From NCBI RefSeq assembly GCF_009914755.1, contig NC_060935.1: 64,000 bases of DNA, one strand, 5' to 3'. This document shows, piece after piece, positions 56,820 through 64,000 of the stretch. Position 1 is the stretch's first letter. Every line of letters begins with the position of its first letter. Under the pieces are notes generated by a model. It had not been told where the DNA came from, did not search any database, and worked only from the letters and a program-made list of their open reading frames with translations. The stretch is from the human T2T-CHM13v2.0 reference genome, Homo sapiens. The translations under genes were made by a program, and so were the position numbers.

Positions 56820-57800
56820 CCAATGCAAATGTAAACCCTGCTTACAACAAAAAACGTATATCCTTCATTATTTTCCCATGCTCATATAATCATACACAAA
56901 CACTTATAAATGGATACATGTACAGTATTTTTATTTTGTTTGCTGAATCATACTATTATACTGAAATGGCTGCAATTAATTGTTTTAAATATCTGTATTC
57001 CACATTTTTTGTTTGTTTAGTGCTATTATAAATAATGTCACAAAAACCTGCCATGCATCTGTCCTTATGTTCTAGGGCTCTAATTTCTATGGGATAGCTT
57101 TTGAAGGGAGCAGTTGTGTTGAAAGATATTTTTACTTTCATTAGAGATTGCTAACTTTTGTTCCAAAAATATTATAAAATCCATATTTTCCCTATCAGTG
57201 TAAGAAAATACCCTTTTTTATTTTTGCTAGCTATAGCTACTATCACTTTTAAAATGTTTTTGTCAGTTTCATGAATATAAGATGATATTTGTTTTTTATT
57301 TTGTATTTTTCTATTTATAGGTGAACTTCAGCACCCTATTATATTTGGCCACTTTAATGTACTGTTTTTTTTAAATTGCTGGTTTCTATCATTTGCCCAG
57401 TTTGCTATTGGTTTGTCTCTTATTATTAATTGCTTAGAGCACTCTATTTTAAATATTAACTCTGTGTCCTCAAAATTATAAATATTTTTAAATGGTATCT
57501 TTTCCCAAATTCTTAAACAATTTTGAAATTGTCAAATATGTTTATTTTGGATTTCAATTATTAAGATTCTCCCATCCAGAGAATGTAGAAAGTCATCTCC
57601 TTTATTAACTGGAAAGTAAATATAAAGTAAATCTAGCTTTAGTTTTATATTAAATCTTTAATTCATTTGTATTTATTTTTGTTTATGGTATTAGCTATAT
57701 GTATAATTTTATGATCTTCCAGATGTAAAACTAGTTTTGGCAAACTCTTTTATTTAATAAACTGTCCTTTTCCCATATACATCCCAAATTACTTATTTCT
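56820..57800 (-). mobile_element. Very old L1 (L1ME-like) fragment
   Basis: Diverged antisense ORF2/3' motifs. Confidence 0.5.
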
Positions 57801-57962
57801 CTCTCCATTAATTTGTAAGATTGCTGAGGTTGGGGACCATGTTTTACCTGTTTGTTGAATGAATAAACAAATTATCCTAAAATTTCATGAAGTTACTAGT
57901 AATAATTATATTTTTAGGTAATTTTGTCCTGAACACTGGAATAAGGACATACAGAAAGACGT

Positions 57963-58879
57963 ACGGAGCAAAGGAACAATGTGACTGAGTTTGTCCTTGT
58001 GGGGCTCACTCAGAGCCCCCAGGGACAGAAAATATTATTTGTTGTGTTCTTGCTCATCTACATTGTGACAATGGTAGGCAACATATTCATTGTTGTGACT
58101 GTGGTGGTCAGCCCAACTTTGGATGCCCCATGTACTTCTTCCTTGTCTACTTATCATTTATGGATGCTGTTCATTCTACTACAGTTACCCCAAATATGAT
58201 TATATACTTACTCTATGAGAAGAAAACCATTTCGTTCCAAGCTTGCATGACCCAGCTTTTTATAGGACACCCATTTGGGGGTGCTGAGATTTTACTCCTG
58301 GTTGTCATGGCCTATGAAGGCTACGTGGCCATCTGCAAACCCCTGCATTATTTGACCATCATGAACCAACGGGTGTGCATTCTACTGCTGCTGTTGGCCT
58401 GGGCTGGAGGTTTCTTGCATGCTGTAGTTCAACTTCTTTTTGTTTACAACTTTCCCTTCTGTGGCCCCAATGTCATTGAGCATTTCATCTGTGACATGTA
58501 CCCTTTATTAAAACTTGCCTGCACTGACACCTACGTTATTGGCCTCACTGTGGTTGCCAATGATGGGGCAATCTGTGTGGTCATCTTTATGCTCTTACTC
58601 ATCTCCTATAGGGTCATTCTGCACTCCCTGAAGAATCTTAGTGAGGAAGGGAGGCCCAAAGCCTTATCCACCTGTGGCTCCCACATCACTGGGGTGATCC
58701 TCTTCTTTGTCCCTTGTATTTTGATGTATGTGAGACCTCCTTCGACCTTACCCATTGATAAATCCTTGACTGTGTTTTACACTGTTATCACCCCTATGTT
58801 GAACCCTCTAATCTATACTTTAAGAAATGCAGAGATGAAAAATGCTATGAAGAAGCTCTGGACCAGAAAAAGAAAATGA
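57963..58879 (+). pseudogene. OR4A46P: OR4A-family pseudogene: start codon ACG and 1-bp frameshift before PMYFFL
   Basis: ACG GAG CAA AGG AAC AAT GTG = (M>T)EQRNNVTEF; 167 nt to the ATG at 58130 (168 expected); MAYEGY; acceptor tttttag|G at 57916-57918. Symbol from recalled gene order. Confidence 0.9.
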
Positions 58880-59567
58880 GGTGACAGACAAATGTATCAT
58901 CTATTTTCAGTGAAGAGTTGCTCCCTCCAGGAAAGCCATTTGTGATTATTTAATTGCCATGAAATTTTCCTCAGGTTTAATAACTAGCATGCAGGGAAAA
59001 TCATTTATTACATGAATACTTGCAATAATCAAAATATATTTAGAAGATTTTAATAATTTATTGGAAAAATATATGTTCACTTTTTGTCTGTAGAATGGCT
59101 CTCGAGATGATAAATTTATGTTATTAATACTATAAATTTATTTAAGTTTATGAAAGTTTTTCTCATGTTTTTCTTTTAAATAAAGTTAATCCTTTTTCAG
59201 AATTAATAGTGCTCATTACAGATTTCAGAAGAATGAATTAAGAAATAAGACATAAAAATTTCATTTACTCCTCCTCACACAAATACAGACCACATTAGTA
59301 TTTGAAGTATATATTTTATTTTTGTATTTGTAAGATACTATTTATATATAATTTTGTTAGTATTGCTAGTGTATTAAGGTTGAAGAGGAATAATGCTTCC
59401 TTCAGTATTATTCATAAGGAGACTGAGTATACTAAAAGAATCTGAATGAAAAAGGGAGACATGCAGAAAAATAACTAAATCTTACTTATTTCTCCAATTG
59501 AGAAATCATATTAAGTCCTCAGGCGAAGCAGCTTGATTTGGTGCTGTATTTATGTAAAAATGATCCA

Positions 59568-59886
59568 GGGACATGGATGAAATTGGAAATCATCATTCTC
59601 AGTAAACTATCGCAAGAACAAAAATCCAAACACCGCATATTCTCACTCATAGGTGGGAGTTGAACAATGAGAACACATGGACACAGGAAGGGGAACATCA
59701 CACTCTGGGGACTGTTGTGGGGTGGGGGAAGGGGGGAGGGATAGCACTGGGAGATATACCTAATGCTAGATGATGAGTTAGTGTGTGCAGCGCACCAGCA
59801 TGTCACATGTATACATATGTAACTAACCTGCACATTGTGCACATGTACCCTAAAACTTAAAGTATAATAATAATAAAAAAATTAAA
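59568..59886 (+). mobile_element. L1PA2-like 5'-truncated insertion
   Basis: aaattggaaatcatcattctcagtaaactatcgcaagaac; GAG (not ACA) diagnostic; perfect TSD AAAAATGATCCA at 59556-59567 and 59887-59898. Confidence 0.93.
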
Positions 59887-60097
59887 AAAAATGATCCATT
59901 GATCTTCCCAGATGTTTAGAATATCTGATAATACCTCTGCTATTTTCAATACCCCCTTCTCATGGCCTTCTAAAAAACAGCCAGGCTCTGCTTTTCATAT
60001 GTAAAATTAGCATAATCCATAATCTATGAAGTTCAAATATGCAATGCAGAGCCTGATAGTAAATATTTTGGAATACACCATTGTCAAGGAAGATAGA

Positions 60098-60266
60098 CAG
60101 GTGTGGTGGTGCATGTCTATGGTTCCAGCTGCTCAGGAGGCTGAGGTTGGAGGATTTTTTGAGCCCGGGAGGTCAAGACTGCAGTGAACTGTGATCATGC
60201 TACTGCGCTCTAACATGGGTGACAGAGCAACACTGAGAAAAGAAAAGAAAGAAAAAGAAAAGAAAG
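60098..60266 (+). mobile_element. Alu monomer (FRAM/AluJ right arm) with (GAAAA)n tail
   Basis: ggaggctgaggttggaggat...gagcccgggaggtcaagactgcagtga. Confidence 0.85.
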
Positions 60267-61177
60267 ATGCTGGCAATATGTGATGCTTCCATTCTTACTT
60301 TCTTTATTGATAGAATGCAGATTATTAGGTAAAAAGCAGGACTAAAACATATTGTTTCGTTGGAAAGACACTTCATTCATAAAAATCTGTGTGAAAATTT
60401 CTTTTGAATCAGGCTTGAAATAAAATTTTATCTGCCCCTGACTACAGGTAGAAAACATGTAATCAAAAAAACTCATTGTTCCTGCTTCTTCTCTGTAGTC
60501 TGGATTCATGAGGGACTAAGGCTAGGGAAAAACATAAGTCAATTTCCCTGATAAATCACACTATATGAGTTCACTTTGTATTATTATTTTTATCCTTATT
60601 ATTATTACTTGGAGATTTCTTATATCATCCAAGCTCTTCCAAAACATAGCACCATTCTCCAAATAGTATTGAGCATTTGGTAGTACCAGAGTTTATATAA
60701 CTAGGTCCTGCATTTTTGGACATGTAATTAATTTTCTAATTTGTATGGTTCTACTGAGTGATGAAATAAAAAAATCTTGGTTAATTGTCTGTTTACATTT
60801 ATTGGTCTGAAAGTTCCCTGAAGTCAGGGAAAGTTACTTCTCTTTGTGCTCTCTGTTCCTTGCACAATGTCTGACACATAGAGCCCACTCCATAAACTTT
60901 GTTAATTACTTGTTTCCTTTTATTCTTAATCTATTGGAGTCAGAAATTTTACTGATACATTCTGATAAACTTTTTCCATATCAAAGTTGCATATATGTTC
61001 ATACCATTCTTTGATATTTGCTATAAATATTTAACTTACTATGTTGTTGATGCTACAATTATGGATGTTTTTATATAGAAATGTTTTATCTTAACTTTTT
61101 TACTTCTTATTTTTTCTGTCATATCACACCTCAGTAAATTCCATTTCCCTCTAGTGACTTTATGCATTTTAACACCT

Positions 61178-61372
61178 TATTTATTTATTTTTCTTTTCAG
61201 ATTTTGTTTTAGAATCAGGAGGCACATGTGCAGGTTTGTTACAAAGGTATGTTGCATGATGCTGAGGTTTGAAGTATGATTGCACCCACGCCCAGGTAGT
61301 GAGCATGGTACCCAGCAGGTAGTTTTTGAGCCCTTGCCCACCTCCCTCTTTCCTGCCTCCAGTCGTCCCCAT
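61178..61372 (-). mobile_element. Old L1PA (PA13-16) 3' end
   Basis: tcaggaggcacatgtgcaggtttgttacaaaggtatgttgcatgatgctgaggtttg. Confidence 0.85.
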
Positions 61373-61904
61373 TAAAAAAATTACTTTACAAAAACATTTG
61401 TTTTCCAGCCAACTGAAAATTTATTTTTCTTTATCATAAGAAAATATTGAAGTCTAGTTTTCCTAAGCAGGTAAAATAATCTGCCAATCTAATCCATTAA
61501 TTATTTTCAATAGTAATTTGGAATTTATCCTTTTAGTATGTCAAATTCTTTACATCTAGAAGGTTCAATCTCAGGACACTTCTTCTGTTTCTTCTTTTCT
61601 TGTTTTTTTGTTTTTTTTTTCACCAACACACTATCCCAGTGGTCAAGGATTTTAAATATTTATTTATACTTAATAGAAATAGTCTCCCCTAATTACTAAT
61701 CTTTTTCAGCTCTCTTGCAATTTCTAAATATTTATTTTTCCTAACAAAACTTAGGACTGTTTTGTAAAGCTTGAATACTTTTCATAAAATTATATTTAGG
61801 GTTTCATGACCCTACTTGTTTATTTTGAGCAAAATGGTGTATTATAATGTCTCATTTTCCTACCTAGAATAAGACACTTATTGTGAAGTCTTGACTGATA
61901 AATC

Positions 61905-62748
61905 TCAATCAAAAAGTGGGCAAAAGACATGCACAGACACTTTTCAAAACAAGACATACATGCTGTCAACAAGCATATGAAAAAAGGTCAATATTAGTGA
62001 TCATTAGAGAAATGCAAATCAAAACCACAGTGAGATACCATCTCACACCAGTCAGAATGGCTATTATTAAAAAGTAAAAAAATTACAGGTGCTGGCGAGG
62101 TTGCAGAGAAAAAGGAATGTTTACACAGTGTTGATTGGGGTGTAAATTAGTTCAACCATTGTGGAAAACCATGTGACGATTCCTCAAAGACCTAAAAATG
62201 GAGCTACTATTTGACCCAGCAACCCCATTACTGGTTATATACCCAAAAGAATATAAATCATTCTAACGTAAAGGCACATGCATGCACATGCCCATTGCAG
62301 CACTATTAATTGCAAAGACACGAAACCAACATAACGACCCATCATTGGTAGATTGGATAAAGAAAATGTGGTACATACACAGCATGGAATACTATTCAGC
62401 CATAAAAAAGAATAAGACCATGTCCTTTGCAGAAACATGGATGGAGCCAGAGGCCATTATCCTTAGCAAACTAGCACAGGAATGGAAAACCAAACACCAC
62501 ATGTTCTCACTTCTAAGTGGGAGCTAAATTATGAGAACACACGAACACATAGAGAGGAACAACAGACATGATGGAGGGTGGGAGGTGTGAGAAGATCACA
62601 GAAATACTGATGGGTACTAGGCTTAATACCTAGGTGAGGAAATAATCCATACACCAAACCCCTATGTCAGACTTCTAAAATGACACACCTCCATGACACC
62701 CCCATAACAAACCTTCACATGTACCACTGAACTTAAAGATTACAAAAA
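61905..62748 (+). mobile_element. Old L1PA (PA11-15) 3' end
   Basis: aaaaagtgggcaaaagacatg...gggtactaggcttaatacctaggtga...gaacttaaa. Confidence 0.88.
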
Positions 62749-62913
62749 GTTGTAAACATCTTCACAGTCTATATATGCCTTGCCTTTTGACTTTTTCATT
62801 TAAAAAGGGAATTCTCTTATTTTCATTTGATTAATATTTTCAATGGGCTGACAAGAGAGGACTCAGTGTCTTTTCCTGGCATTTCCTGGCACAATCTTTA
62901 AAGCCACGGGCAT

Positions 62914-63330
62914 AGGTCTGTATTCAGACACACGTAGGCTTGTATCTCACCATATACAGGTTTGAAAGTCATTATATAGGAGTCTGTATTTGACTGTGCA
63001 CTTGGATCTGTATCCAGCAGCATGTATGTCTCTATGACCATATATAGGTGTGTATCCAGTGATACCTGGGTCTGTATCTAACTGAACACAAAGTCTATAT
63101 ATGAACAGACAGGTTTGTATGTGAAAACACAAAGGTCAGTATTTGATTACGTTTATGATTGCATTTGTATAAGTTTTGCATATGATATCACCCAGTTCTG
63201 TGTCTGTCTACACAGGGGGCTATATCTTGCCATACACTGAGCTGCACTGGACCACACGTGTGTTTATATCTGCCCATACAGGGATTTATTTCGGGCCATT
63301 AACAGGTCTTTATCCAAGACACATGGGTTG
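62914..63330. repeat. Degenerate ~20-23-bp tandem repeat
   Basis: Recurring GGTCTGTAT...CACA units. Confidence 0.55.
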
Positions 63331-63334
63331 TAGT

Positions 63335-63745
63335 ATTATAGATATATGCTTGTTAGGAGGGAGGGTAAAGACTAAATTTTATAACTATCAAAAAGTTTTT
63401 CAACACAGCTGTAAAATTATATACTTCCACAAGGGACATATGAGAGTTCCAGTTATTCCGCATCCTCAGTAACAGTTGGATTGGTTTTAATGTGCATTTC
63501 CTGGATGACTAAAGATGTTGAGCATATAATTCTTGGCTGGTCTGTTGAACATTAAAAAAAATCATATGGCTTGTCTTGACTTGTAAAACTTCTTAATACA
63601 TTCTAGATACAAGTTCTTATTCAGACATATGTATTGTAAGCATACTCACAATGTATGGCTCGCTTTTTCATATCATTAACAGTTTTTATGAGCCAAAGTT
63701 TTTATTTTGATGAAGTTCAATTTATCAATTTCTTTTGTATCCAAG
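63335..63745 (-). mobile_element. L1M fragment
   Basis: tgagagttccagttattccgcatcctc; tttattttgatgaagttcaatttatc. Confidence 0.7.
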
Positions 63746-63749
63746 GTGT

Positions 63750-64000
63750 TTCAGATAGAATATTAACAAAGAAACTTCAGACTTAATCTGCAATAAAGAC
63801 TAAATGGATATAATAAGTATTTACGGAACATTTCATCCAGTGGCTGCAGGAAACATTTTCTTTTCCTTAGCACACAAATCATTCTCAAGGATAGATCATA
63901 TGTTAGGTTACAAAACAAGTCCAAAAACATTCAAAAAATTTGAAATAATATCAATTATTTTCTCTGACAACAATGAAATAAAACTAGAAATTAATAATGA
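63750..64000 (+). mobile_element. L1 ORF2 endonuclease-region fragment, runs off the window
   Basis: cattctcaaggatagatcatatgttagg (FSRIDHMLG); ataaaactagaaattaata. Confidence 0.82.

Overview
AT-rich primate (almost certainly human) genomic DNA from an olfactory receptor family-4 cluster. The 309-aa ORF at 50411-51340 matches human OR4A47 as I recall it, which places the window at chr11p11.2. Four OR pseudogenes flank it. Their symbols (OR4C9P, OR4R1P, OR4A48P, OR4A46P) come from remembered gene order, not from a search. Most of the remaining sequence is retrotransposon-derived: L1PA/L1PB/L1M, Alu, MIR, L2, MaLR LTRs, a MER9/HML-3 solo LTR and a 5S rRNA pseudogene. Subfamily calls are by eye. 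I see no evidence of a new gene system. The most notable structures are: (1) a five-layer nested insertion at 2-20 kb with readable target-site duplications (TSDs), whose innermost element is a twin-primed L1 carrying about 1.1 kb of transduced foreign DNA; (2) an open, C-terminally extended ORF0 homologue in an otherwise dead L1PA7-type element; (3) several small template-switch scars (inverted triplication, hairpin conversion); (4) two anciently duplicated non-coding modules, one with a conserved homeodomain-motif core that is a candidate OR regulatory element.
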